Positions 38,001 to 50,835 of a stretch of DNA of 64,000 nt are shown in pieces. Position 1 is the first letter of the stretch, and the number at the start of each line of letters is the position of its first letter. The notes below the pieces were generated by a model that saw only the letters and a program-made list of their open reading frames with translations, had not been told where the DNA came from and made no database searches. Where the stretch lies: the NCBI RefSeq assembly GCF_006345805.1, contig NW_021835474.1:12313-76312 (forward strand). Direction: 5' to 3'. This DNA comes from Octopus sinensis (lineage: Eukaryota). Made by a program: the position numbers and the translations under genes.

Positions 38001-38218
38001 CTCCACAACCCAAAGTTCCAGTACATGCAGATGTTATCATGGCTGTTTCAGATTTTGTAGTGTTGAATTCTCTGATGAAGTAGATATATAAGATGCCGAG
38101 AGAGTAGGCAAAGCCAAAGCCCAACACGTTGTTGTATAGTATAAAAACATAAGATAGATGTTTCATGAAAGAGGAACATTTGCTTGACGTATGACCCTCC
38201 GGTGTACACTCCACTGCC
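38001..38218 (-). CDS. SLC16/MCT-like paralog B, coding exon 2
   Basis: TTTCCAG|G GCA GTG...GGA G|GTAAG; GTG replaces paralog A's ATG, supporting an upstream start exon. Confidence 0.9.
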
Positions 38219-38239
38219 CTGGAAACAGAGAAGAAATTC

Positions 38240-38279
38240 TACAGTAGTAGTTGTAGCAGTAGTAGTAGTAGTGGTGGTG

Positions 38280-38310
<31 letters not shown>

Positions 38311-38534
38311 AAGTAGTGGTGGTAGTAGTAGTGGTGGTGGTGGTAGTAGTAGTAGTGGTGGTAGTAGTAGTGGTGGTGGTGGTGGTAGTAGTAGTAGTGG
38401 TGGTGGTGGTGGTGGTTGTAGTAGTAGTAGTAGTAATAGTAGTAGTAGTAGTAGTGGTGGTAGTAGTGGTAGTAGTAGTGGTGGTTGTAGTAGTAGTGGT
38501 AGTAGTAGTAGTAGTGGTGGTAGTAGTAGTAGTG

Positions 38535-38566
<32 letters not shown>

Positions 38567-38702
38567 GGTAGTAGTAGTGGTGGTGGTGGTAGTAGTAGTG
38601 GTAGTAGTAGTAGTGGTGGTGGTGGTAGTGGTAGTAGTAGTAGTAGTAGTGGTGGTAGTAGTAGTAGTGGTAGTAGTAGTAGTAGTGGTGGTAGTAGTAG
38701 TG

Positions 38703-38734
<32 letters not shown>

Positions 38735-38878
38735 GGTAGTAGTAGTAGTAGTGGTGTAGTAGTAGTAGTGGTAGTAGTAGTAGTAGTGGTGGTAGTAGTA
38801 GTGGTAGTAGTAGTGGTGGTGGTAGTAGTAGTGGTAGTAGTAGTAGTGGTGGTGGTGGCGGTAGTAGTAGTAGTGGTT

Positions 38879-38918
<40 letters not shown>

Positions 38919-38950
38919 AGCAGCAGCAGTGGTAATAGTAGTAGTTGTAG
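38240..38950. repeat. (GTA/GTG)n microsatellite
   Basis: ~700-bp trinucleotide tract next to the exon 2 acceptor. Confidence 0.95.
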
Positions 38951-39154
38951 TAAAACAACATATAACAGCAGTACAGTACTAATAAAAATGTACTTTTATA
39001 ATTTCAGTAGTTTTACGTATTAGCGTGTTTTCACAGTAAAACCAAACTCAGCTCCGTGTAGATACAGTGGATACTCAGCGTATTTTATTTCTGGTTTTAT
39101 ATTCTTCTATTGTATTGAAAGTAATCAGTTAATACACATTCACTGGTACTCTAG

Positions 39155-39185
<31 letters not shown>

Positions 39186-39186
<1 letters not shown>

Positions 39187-39496
39187 CTAGCAGTATCGCC
39201 CGGCGTTGCTTGGTTTTGTAAGGGAAATAACTATATAAGCATTTTTAGAGAGTTACTTCCCTTATATAAACCTAGCAAAAAATGGATTAAAAATGCGGAA
39301 AAATGATGGTAAATTTTTTTTTAAATCGTAGACTCATCGTAGACGCGCGCTAATACCCAGAAGGGCTCGATATGAATCACGACGATAAGATACCCGGTTT
39401 TGGTTAAACTGCAACGCAAAATGTGGGAGTAGTTAGGAATCTAAATCGAAGGAGACAGACTCTCACACACACAACTACAGTTTTATATATAAAGAT
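39186..39496 (+). mobile_element. Non-autonomous Helentron-like element
   Basis: Family match to 17343. Confidence 0.7.
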
Positions 39497-39504
39497 ATAT
39501 ATAT

Positions 39505-40078
39505 ATCGTGGCACTCCATTGGTTCTGACGACGAGGGCTCCAGTTGATCCAATCAACAGATCAGCCTGCTCGTGAAATTAATGTGCATTAGGTGTAGGAG
39601 TGGCTGTGTGGTAAGTAGCTTGCTTACGAACCTCATGGTTCTGGTTTCAGTCCCACTGCATGGCACTTTGGGCAAGTGTCTTCTACTATAACCTTGGGCC
39701 GACCAAAGCCTTGTCAGTGGATTTGGTAGACGGAAACTGAAAGAAGCCCGTCATATATATGTATATGTATATATATGTGTGTGTGTTTGTTTGTCGGCGT
39801 TTGTCCCCCCAACATCGCTTGACAACCGATGCTGATGTGTTTACGTACCCATAACTTAGTGGTTCGGCAAAAGAGACTGATAGAATAAGTCCTGGGGTTG
39901 ATTTGCTCGACTAAAGGTGCTGCTCCAGCATAGCCACAGTCACGTGTATCCTTATCATAGTTCTTAGGGAGATTCAGCGTCACACAGACTGTGACAAGGC
40001 TGGCCCTTTGAAATACAGGTACAACAGAAACAGGAAGAAACAGTGAAAGAAAGTTGTGGTGAAAGAGTACAGCAGAAA
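39505..40078 (-). mobile_element. SINE family C-related copy interrupted by a SINE A (39591-39942, plus strand)
   Basis: CTCGTGAAATTAATGTGCA | SINE A | CACGTGTATCC...GTGAAAGAGTACAGCAG is the reverse complement of the middle of 31965-32470. Confidence 0.7.
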
Positions 40079-40309
40079 AATCCCTTAAATGGCATTGTCA
40101 TCCAGTATTCGTTTTCAGGTGTAATAATAGTGTAGGTGGCTATCACTTGATCTGAATAAATTTTTGTAAACTAAACCTCACTACTTCTGAAAATCTTTTT
40201 AAATAAGTGAAACCGGTTAAGTTAACAAATACTTTAAAAAAACTCTTGCATTTTCAGAATCTTTTCCTTATATTTTACTCATGATGTAACACCCAACATT
40301 ACTTTGTCA

Positions 40310-40937
<628 letters not shown>

Positions 40938-41859
40938 GAGAACAAAAATACAGAAAATATGAAAATATAAGCAATTTCTTAGCTCAACAGGAAACTCAGA
41001 GTTACGTAATAATCATAATCATAAATGGAATATGCAAGAAAGTCACGTGTGTATAATCAGTAAACAGACACAAAGAAATATTACAATAAGTCTGGCTTTC
41101 CTCATCAAGAGAGGATTGGCAAAAAACAGTTCGCATTGTAGTGCCAGAGATTTAAATGGCTGAAGGAAGAGGAGTAGAACAAGAACGTGAGGCAGGAAGA
41201 GGATTTCTATGACATTGGAGGGAAGTAATAGGGATAGAATAGCAAGAACAGAAAGAGAAGGGAAGAGCATAAAGTTAAAGTCAGAGTGATGAAAGCAAAC
41301 GTCACTAGTGGTCATGGTAATCTACTTAAGCGGACAATAAATCAGTTAGGGATGGCAGCTGGCCAGACGGAGGGACAGGAAGAGATAGGCAATGGAAAAA
41401 AGAAGTAGGGTGGGGATAGTGGAGGAAGAATATATTCTTAGATAAGGAGAAAAAGTGGTGCTAAATTGTAAGCAAAGAACTCAGTTAGGAGAAATCATAA
41501 TGACTTTATGTAATGAGCAAATGTAGAATAAAATTTGTGCTTACTGAAGAAGATTACATCAGAGAATCTACTGAGTAACGAGGTATTATGGTGGCAAAGA
41601 ATAGCAGGTGATTACAGTTACAATGTGGTTACCAAGTTGATTTAATCAACTGGTCATGTGCATTGCGATCAAGACGGAAAAAGAAACCCTTTTCCCCCAC
41701 CCCTAACCCTAACCCCACACATATATATATATATATATAAAGAACTTTACAGAAATTTTACGATCTTCTTCAAATGTAAACAGACTTGGCAATTAGGGTA
41801 CTTGTACCGAAAGATGGCCAAAATGTGTAAATAAAAGAAATAACAAAAAGAGAAAATAC

Positions 41860-42300
41860 GGAAAAAATTCAGAGTAAAATCCCCAAAAGTGGGGAGACCT
41901 CCGAGTGTGACATGCGGAAACCGCACAAAACCATAGTGACGCTGACCAGTAAGGCAAGTGCCCTTTCTCTCAGTTGCCCTTCTCTGACCTACAGGAACAT
42001 GCTCAGAGCAGGACTGTTCACATGAACCATGTTCACCACTCTCGTTCATCCTTCAACAAATTAGCTGAGAAGCAGCACTTCCCTCTCAACTCATATTTTC
42101 TCGTTCAAATGAAACTCGAAAAAGCTGGTGAGAGTTTGGCTGAAGAGGAAACTGTCTGTCTCCATCCGTTTCAGTCTCGTCTACCACAAAAACTTTGTTC
42201 ACGAAACCCACCAGACATAAAACCTGCATGCCCTTTCCAGTCAAAGGAAAGCAGCGAGACAGTCTTTATGATGGACTCAGTTGAGACTCAGCTAAGACAT
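41860..42300 (-). mobile_element. Old L1/Tx1-like LINE 3' end in intron 1 of paralog B
   Basis: TRLKRMETDSFLFSQTLTSFFEFHLNEKI*VERE; same position as 15835-16260 in paralog A. Confidence 0.6.
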
Positions 42301-42488
42301 GGGTTTATGTGAGATTTTGGGTAGCCGCCAACCGTGTGTGATGTGGGTTTTTTTTTTTTGGGGGGGGGGGTTCTAGGTAATAGTGTGATGTATGTAGTTT
42401 GTCGGTTACCGATATGCAACTACTGTAATCAATTATAAAATACTTAACATTACTAATAAATTTAAATAAAAACGAAAATACTAATTAC

Positions 42489-42673
42489 CTTACAGGTTGA
42501 TCGGATTCTCGATTTGTGCATTCATCATCTTCACAAAATCCGGGATTCACACCTTTCTGGGGACATATCTCTGTAACAACTTCATTGACATTTCTCTTCC
42601 CTTCTGGTTTAGCATTTAGTAAGTTTACTTGGATAATAATTTCGTTATCTTTGGCCATTTTCGATCTAAACAT
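42489..42673 (-). CDS. SLC16/MCT-like paralog B, putative coding exon 1
   Basis: ATG at 42673 (alternative 42658) after an in-frame stop; phase-2 donor AG|GTAATT. Confidence 0.7.
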
Positions 42674-43246
42674 CTACGGCTTGTTTTTCTGTGTGAGTGA
42701 CTGTATGTATGTTTTGTATGTACGTATGCGGATCGGTGTCCCACCACTGATGGTCTCATTGAAGAAATAAACACAATATTTCCTCTTCTTATGTCTATAT
42801 ATCCAAGAAGCTCCTCGCCACCAAATTGTGTAAACGAATAAAAAGAAAAAAGAAAGGTTTAATGATATTCAGAAGCGTGCTGAAATGAGATAGCGCTCGA
42901 ATAAATAATTCTCAGGTTACAAGATTAAAGCCCTCGAAACAATTAGCAGCTTACACTATCAGCCGACACTCTCGATTCGTCTACAAAATTCTAAAGCTAA
43001 TTTATTTTACATCACTTTTCTTATCTACTATTTCCCTTTTTTGTCATACTTTTCTCTGAAATTTGGTGCTTACTTATTCCATGCAGTCCAGTTCCAGATA
43101 GTGGGTCTCGCTTCAGGTATGTAGATAACAAGGTCAGAAATAATACTGTAAGCATTTCTAGGGCGAGAAGCTTTTACCAAAAATTTTTTTATCGGACTGA
43201 AAAACGCTCACCTCATTAGATACAGAGTTTAACTCTATTCGACTAC

Positions 43247-44050
43247 GATCTTTTCGGTTTGAACGGCAGTTTTTAACATAATTTCTAGGTAACTAAAAAA
43301 TTTTAAACTTCGTATACTCTTTACTCTTTTACTTGTTTCAGTCATTTGACTGCGGCCATGCTGGAGCACCGCCTTTAGTCGAGAAAATCGACCACGGGAC
43401 TTATTCTTTGTAAAGCCCAGTACTTATTCTATCGGTCTCTTTTGCCGAACCGTTAAGTTACGGGGACGTAAACACACCAGCATCGGTTGTCAAGCAATGC
43501 TAGGGGGACAAACACACACACACACTCATACATATATACGACAGGCTTCTTTCAGTTTCCGTCTACCAAATCCACTCACAAGGCATTGGTCGGCCAGCGG
43601 CTATAGCAGAAGACACTTACCTAAGATGCCACGCAGTGGGACTGAACCCGGAACCATGTGGTTGGTTAGCAAGCTACTTACCACACAGCCACTCCTGCGC
43701 CTATACTGGTAGAATGTGTTTATAAAACATCTTTTTCTCTTGGCTTTATTGAGAAAATTCTATAGTTTGTGAGATATTTGTTGTTTTTTTTTCTTCAATT
43801 TCTGCAATTTCAACCAATCAATGACGTCTATTGAGGTGAAAACATTCTGTGCCGTATGAATATGTCCCTCGTTTAAGAAACAGATTGGGTTTATTTACAT
43901 TTGTGAAGAAAAAAAGATACCTTCCCCCCCCCCCTAACCCTAACCCTAAAACAGATTGAAATGCAATAGATCGATTCTAGGGTCATAATTATGGGTGACA
44001 ATTTCATATGACACCGCTAGAAAAAACTGCCGTTCAAACCGAAAAGATCC
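43247..44050. mobile_element. Second copy of the GATCTTTTCGG-TIR MITE with a nested SINE A (43317-43701, minus strand)
   Basis: TATA at 43313-43316 and 43702-43705; the empty site in the 7113 copy has a single TATA (7181-7184). Confidence 0.85.
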
Positions 44051-45516
44051 AAAAAATTATTTACTTTGTGTAAAAAAAAAAAAAATTATTTTGTGTTTTA
44101 TTTACTTTGCTAGGTAGTCGTTGTAGGATCGACTAGTCACGACTAGCTAGTGCGGATGCACAAGTACGCGAATGCGCGCACCGGGACCACTCTTCTTAAG
44201 TAGTACCCCAAAATTGTAACTTTATTACCGGTCGCCAAATTATTACCATTGTCGGTACCTAGAATGTTTCTCTCCTGTCTCCTCGTATGTTTCTTTGATG
44301 TTCTAGTAATAATTTTTTTTTACTGTAGCACCAGTTAGTAGTTTGGGGACACATGCTGACCATTTAATGTTGGCATTGCGCAAATTCAGACAACAACTTC
44401 CGGCCAAATCGAAAGCGCTTCCAAAAGCTAAAAGTTCAGGGGAGTTGCTGCGAAGACGTTGAACTGTCAACAATGTACTTTCAAGATCTTCATTCTATCA
44501 GCCTCGTCTAGAACATTAGAAGTTACTGTTTTGCTTTCGCAATCATTAGCAACTATGAATCCTTGGACCCAGTTCTTCAAGTGACATTCGTTTCTTTTAA
44601 GCAGTTATGAAGCTTATTATATCGTTTTCATCCGGTTTGCTGAAATCGGCTTTTTCCAGCAAGATTCGTATCTGCATTGACATTTGTCCTCTTTTGTATT
44701 TCCACTCTGGAGACCCTGGAAATTGTAGTAAGTGAAACCGAAATTATTCATATCTTACAAATGTTTTTCTTGCCAGACTCTATGTTTACATTTTGATGTT
44801 TAGCACACGCACCTTAATTTCTCCTGTAATTTACGTTTGTTCTGCGTTGTTTGGAAACTGTAATAAGAATTGTATTTCATTTGAACACATACAATTCATT
44901 TGCATTCTGGTATCTATCGTTACCTATTTCTTTACAACCCACAAGGGGTTACACAGAGGGGACAAACGGATTAAGTCGATTACATCGACCCCAGTGCGTA
45001 ACTGGTCCTTAATTTATCGACCCGAAAGGATGAAGGCAAAGTCCTTCTGGAGGATTTGAACTCAGAACTTAAATGCAGATGAAATACCTATTTCTTTATA
45101 CCCACAAGGGGCTAAACACAGAGGGGACACAACAAGGACAGAAAAGGGATTAAGTCGATTACATCGACCCCAGTGCGTAACTGGTACTAATTTATCGACC
45201 CGAAAGGATGAAAGGCAAAGTCGACCTCGGCGGAATTTGAACTCAGAACGTAACGGCAGACGAAATACCAATTTCTTTATTGCCCACGGGGGCCAAACAT
45301 AGATATGGACAGTACAACTGATGGGATCAGTGAATCGATATGATTTTACATAAATGTGACATCAAAAATAAAATACAATACATAAAAATCGAATGGAATA
45401 CACAGTACAAAAACAATACAAATGAAGCGATGATCAAGTTACGCTCCGATCCCACAAGCCCCGATCTACCGCTGATACCTTTTTATTTTCCTTTTTTTTT
45501 TTTTTTCCTCGTCTAT

Positions 45517-48500
45517 TCACACGGTTCCTTGCACGCACAACACTCGTGCAACATACTTCCATCTCTTTTGGAACGTACACTCTGACAGACACCTCTTCTC
45601 CAGCCACAGTTTCCTTTTCAAATGAAAAGAAAAAAAGGATCGTAAATTGTCACCAGAGATAAAGTTGCCTGTTAATTCCTTATCCTTATCCTAGTATTCC
45701 ATACAGCCTCTTTTGCTATTGCTACAACCGTGAGAAAACAATTCTTACCTTCGTTCGTTAGAACTCCCGGTGGGTCAATTTTTATAATTGACTCAGTCGA
45801 CAGCCGTACTCTTCCTTCGCCGGACAACAGATGTTCAGCATAAGCCCACATTTCAGTTATCTCCGGACACTGAACAATAGCGTGAGGGACGGTTTCCCTG
45901 TCCCCACCGCATCTTGGACAGGTCGGCGACTGACGTTTACCATGTCTTGCGAGCTTATCCCAAACGGGCAAGGCACCTCTGTAGCATTGCCAGGTTAAGG
46001 ACTTTTGGAAGTTGTCCAACGTTCTCAACCCGAATGTACGATGAAACAAGCTGTCCAGTTGAATAAATCCGAGACCTAGAGTCGACCCCAGGCCATCGTC
46101 GCATTCAGACTCTACCAACCCACTATATAAAATCCGTGTGGAACCCCCACCGCTGGCGTTGCCCGAGCGCCGGAACAGCAAGAGGGCCTTACGGCACTCT
46201 TTATGCCACTCACTCGACCTCGGTCTACGAGAACAGGCTTCCTGTTCGCAAAAACTCTTGAACTCAGGGAACATTTGTCTGGCCAGCGGAGACCACACCC
46301 GTTCACTATCCAGGAGAATCCAGAGGTGCCTCAACCTCAACGCATGTCTGCGCATCATTAACCAAGGCATCCCTAAACCTCCATTTAAAGGCTTTTGACA
46401 GCAGACAGAGCGTTTCACAAGTGGCGACCTGCCCTTCCACAAAAAGCGAAAGAGCTGTCTCTCCAACCTGATCAACCACGAATCCGGACAGGGCACGACA
46501 GTCAGGCGGTAGGTAATGACCGATGCGATAAACACATTGGCCACTTCCGCCCTCCCTTTCAGGGATAGCCACCGCCAAGACCAAGTCTTGACTACTGCAG
46601 CCACCCTGCTCAATACCTCCGTCCAGTTCTTCTCTATCTGGAGGCCTGGTCCAAACCAGACTCCCAGCAACTTAACCGGTCCCTCCGTCCAGCGCCTAAC
46701 AACACTGTCTGAAGGCATCGACTTGCCAACCCAGGTGCCGAGCTGCAAGCCGACCGACTTTTCCCGGTTAATCTTTGCTCCTGCTACCTCCTCGTAAGCC
46801 TCAATAGTCTTACCTACTTCACGTAGGCGTACCACTGTGGTTACACTGATAGTGATATCATCCGCGAAAGCCGTAACAAACTCCTCTAGTCCTGGTTCTC
46901 TCGGGATGCCACTCAACCTTTGCAGTAATGGCTCGAGAGCCATCACATACAAAAGTGGTGAAAGCGGACATCCTTGACGAACCGAGCGTCTGATGCAGAA
47001 CGGCTTCGAAAGGAAACCGTTCACCCGAACTATCGAGTCAATGTTGTGGTACAAAGCGATAAACCACCTGAGGAAGCCAAGGCCCAGGCCAAACCGCGCA
47101 AGTACAGTCGCTAGGTATCGATGGTCAACCCTATCAAAAGCTTTAGACTGGTCCAAATGCACCAATGCCCCACCTTTGCCAGATTTATTACCAAACCTCT
47201 CTATGGTATAGCGAATAAGATGGAGGGTATCCTGAATGGTTCTGCCTGGGATGGCACATGTCTGTGCCTCCCCGACTATACCATTCGCGACACGCGCCAA
47301 CCTTTTTGCTAGAACCTTGGCCAAAATCTTCACTTCTGCGTTTAACAGAGTGATGGGCCTGAAATTCTCTAGAACGTCCCCCTTGTCCGGGTCCTTTCTG
47401 ACCAACGTCACTACTCCCCGGCGCACAGATCTGGGGATAAACCCATTCTGTTTCCAGTTCGCGTACACGTCAGTCAGTAGTTGCCCGAACAAGTCTGGCA
47501 TACATTTATACAGCTCGTACGGAAGACCATCAAGTCCCGGTGACTTACCCGCTTTACAATCGGCCAAAGCCTCCATCACCTCCTCAAGTGTGATTGGCCC
47601 TTCGCAAGACTCCGCATCCGACCCCGAGAGGCACGGCAGCCCGGTAAGAAAGTCCTCGAGGGCTCTCCCACCACCAGGACCGCCGTCACCCCCGAACAGC
47701 TGGGCGAAGTACTCCCGAAAGACCTCACACATTTTCTCGGGTTCGTTTATCAAGACACCATTTTGATTCGTCAAAGACCGAATAGAGGAACTATTTCCTT
47801 GCCGAGCTTCCACCACTCGGGCCCATCCAGCGGCTTTGATTCCTTCACTTCCCATTGCACGTAACTTAGCTCTGGTAATACTTCCCATGTGGTGGGCTTC
47901 AAGATGCTGGTTTAACTCCAGTCTTTTCACCCTCGCTTGGTCTGTATTACCAGTCCTCCAGGCTTCTTCTAGTTCCTTAACTAGACCATCTCCTATTTTA
48001 CGTCCCTTCTTAGCTAAACTTATGCTAAACCTAATAGACTCATATTTGATGGCTCTTTTTAGGGCGTACCACCATTTGTTATTAATGATGGTACCTGTTA
48101 ATGCCCTCTGTATTAACATCTTGATCCGCTTTCTGTACTCCTCAATCGCCAAAAGGGACGTATTGAGTTTCCAGTAGCCAGATCCCTGTCTATGCAACTT
48201 ATCTACCGTCAGTTTACAGGTAACCATCTTGTGGTCACTGTAGCTGACTAGAAAAAACTGTGGACACTCAACTATGGACTTATTTTTCTCTAATTAAAAT
48301 CCTATCTAGATATGTTCTGGTAGACCCGTCACTATTTGACCACGTCCACTGTGGAGTGTTCGGGTGCTCCAACCTATATGGATCTGCTAGCTGAAATTGA
48401 CTTAGCAGATCCCGAAAGCCTGTGTTACATTTTCTGTTCATGTTCGAGTTTGAGCCAACACAATCTGTGTGTGCTGCACATATTGTATTAGAGTCTCCTA

Positions 48501-48915
48501 ACACTACTAGTGAATGCGACGTGGCTAGGAACTTTCCTAGGCCACGAAAATATTCAGTTTGCGGGCCAATAATGTTTGGTGCATAAATAGCGACCAGCCT
48601 GATTGTCTTGCCACAACTGAATGTCAAGTCGAGAACGACCAGCCTGCCTTCTGGGTCAGAAAAAACCAACTTTTTCTCGGCTACCCGGTTTCTTTTTAGT
48701 AGGACCAACACCCCACCCCCACCTCCCGCCCGACTCGGAGAAACGTATTTCTCGTAGCCGTTCAGGAGGGGGAGCAGATCTCTTGGCCCCTTCACCCGGG
48801 TTTCCGTTGCAACAATTACATCCAAATTTCTCGACCTGATGTCATTCAGAAAGCGTCCTTGCTTCCAGCTTGACAACAGGCCATGAACATTTAAACAACC
48901 AATGTGAATAGCCAT
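45517..48915 (-). pseudogene. LINE ORF2 (AP endonuclease plus reverse transcriptase), two frameshifts
   Basis: CLNVHG, ATETR, GDSN, LDRIL, YSDHK; LDQSKAFDRVDH, VRQGCPLSPLLY, FADD; CPRC..ETVPHAIVQC; breaks near 48280 and 45680. Confidence 0.9.
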
Positions 48916-48926
48916 CACTTACCTGT

Positions 48927-50445
48927 TTAATTAGGATTGTCCGGTGGAGGGGGACCCTCCACCTTTTTTTTATCCAGGGTCGGAGGTGGACGGTCTTGGG
49001 AAATAGATTTGTCAAAATCCCGTCTCACCACCGACACAGAATTATCAGGTGGAGGGGGAATCTCCACCTTTTCCTTTTCTCGCGGGATCGGAGCTGGTAA
49101 TCCATGAAATATCGACTTGTTAAAATCTAATCTCAATGAAGATACAGTCTTTCTGTACTTATTTTGTAGAATTCTATAAGTCTTATTTGAGACTTCATAT
49201 ATGTCGTAATTGATAAATTCCTCTGAAAGGTTATCAATTTTTTTTACAGTCTTTATGAGTTGAATGTCTCTCATGAGCTCAGTATCTTTAGTGTATACGG
49301 CTATTATGCCTTTTTCTTCTTTTTCTCTTCTGGCAGTCTTTTTTGGTCGTTGTTCTGTAGTAGTCGCCGCTCTCGGCTGGGTTGCTGGTTGTATTTTTCT
49401 GTTTGTTGTTTTTTTCTCATCTGTCTTCTTTATCTTCTTCCTCTTTGTCTTTTTTCTCCTCTTCCTCCTCTTCTTCATTTTCCTTGCAGTTCCTTCGAAT
49501 GTGGCCTAATTGACCACATAAAAAACATCGAGGTTTTCGGCCCTCAACAAACACCACGAGGTTCTCCTCCCCTACCTCAATTGTCTCAGGAATTGTTTGA
49601 ATTATTTTAGGGTCCGCTTGAATGAGAAGATTAATTGTTTTACCATCCCAGCGTGGGTTTTCCGTAGCGGTAGCCTGGAGGAGAGTAATTTTTTCTACCT
49701 CTTTGATTAGGACTGCCGCCAACAACCACATAGGTTCGACCTCTGGCGGGACCCTTGTAATTTTTATTCGCGACGTCCTCATCCCCATATAATAGGGTAT
49801 TAACTCCACGTCGTTCGTTTTCAACGTTTCCACTGAGTTCTTGTGTGCTATTTCTTTATTGGTGAACCTTACTTCCACCGTTCCGAATTTTTTTCCTCTT
49901 CTCAGAAATACTACGTCGCCCAATATTGGCTTTAAGCACTTTTCTATTTTCTCTTCTGACATTCTTTCAATTTTTCTTTTTGTAGACAATATGTTTTGAA
50001 AATTATTGTTTTTTGCTTTTCTTCCTGTAATAACTTTTGCGGAGGTTCAATTTTCACACTGTTGTCATTTATTTCCATCATTTTGCTGTATTTCATAATT
50101 TCGCTTTTATTCGTCGACAGTATCTGGGTTCCACCCCCAGCAGCCAACGCAAAATTTTTTCCATTTTTTGGTTCTATCTGGATGCTAGGCACATCAATTA
50201 TTCTCTTCGACACAATGCCTTTGTTCTCTGGCAAAGTCGGAAACTCTTCTGGTGAAAGTTCTGACGAGCTCTCAGACACATCTCCAAAAATATCAAATAT
50301 ATTATCCTCTCTGCTATTCCTTCTTGTAGCGGGGGAACCCTATTTCCTTGTCTGTAGTTGGCTCCTCGCCGGACATGTATTTCCTCCTCTCAACAGGAGA
50401 AACAAGTATTTCTGCTCCAACGGTAGGCTCCATGCTAGACGACAT
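48927..50445 (-). pseudogene. LINE ORF1 (gag-like, CCHC zinc knuckle), three frameshifts
   Basis: ATG 50445 MSSSMEPTVG...; EGRKPRCFLCGQLGHIRRNC; Glu/Lys- and Pro-rich C-terminus. Confidence 0.75.
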
Positions 50446-50835
50446 TCTTCCCCCGAAAGGGGGAATGAACAACGCGTGCTACCACAAGCACTAAGTGTTT
50501 TCAATTGAAAACTCCAACAGTTAAGTTATTCAACAGTTTAACAAGAAACAACAGTTGTTAACAATATTAACACCACGAAACAGCAATTCTTACTTCACGA
50601 ACACATGTGCGACAGACGAAATACCGCAAAGCATTTCGCCCGGCGTGCTAACGATTCTGCCAGCTCGCCGCCTTTCTGGTACCTATCGTTACCTTTATGT
50701 AAAACAGCCATTTGCATTTCTTGCTAAACTTGCTAAATTGGTGATTACACGCCGCTAGAATATTTCTTTTGAAATATTCTCTAAAGAAAACAACAACAAA
50801 ATTGAAGCACAAACAGATAAGCTAAAGACTATTTG

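Larger units (their letters stand above)
45270..50609 (-). mobile_element. Near full-length L1-clade (Tx1-like) non-LTR retrotransposon
   Basis: ORF1 with CCHC knuckle; ORF2 with APE, RT and C-terminal zinc motif; 16-bp TSD CG(G/A)CAGACGAAATACC at 45254-45269 and 50610-50625. Confidence 0.9.
44926..50672 (-). mobile_element. SINE-B dimer interrupted by a LINE; the whole composite is flanked by a 21-bp TSD
   Basis: TTCTGGTA(T/C)CTATCGTTACCT at 44905-44925 and 50674-50694; bodies 44926-45269; head 50610-50672. Confidence 0.85.

Noticed and set aside
49260-50508. Plus-strand ORFs opposite LINE ORF1
   Set aside because: Antisense shadows of purine-rich coding sequence with no motifs
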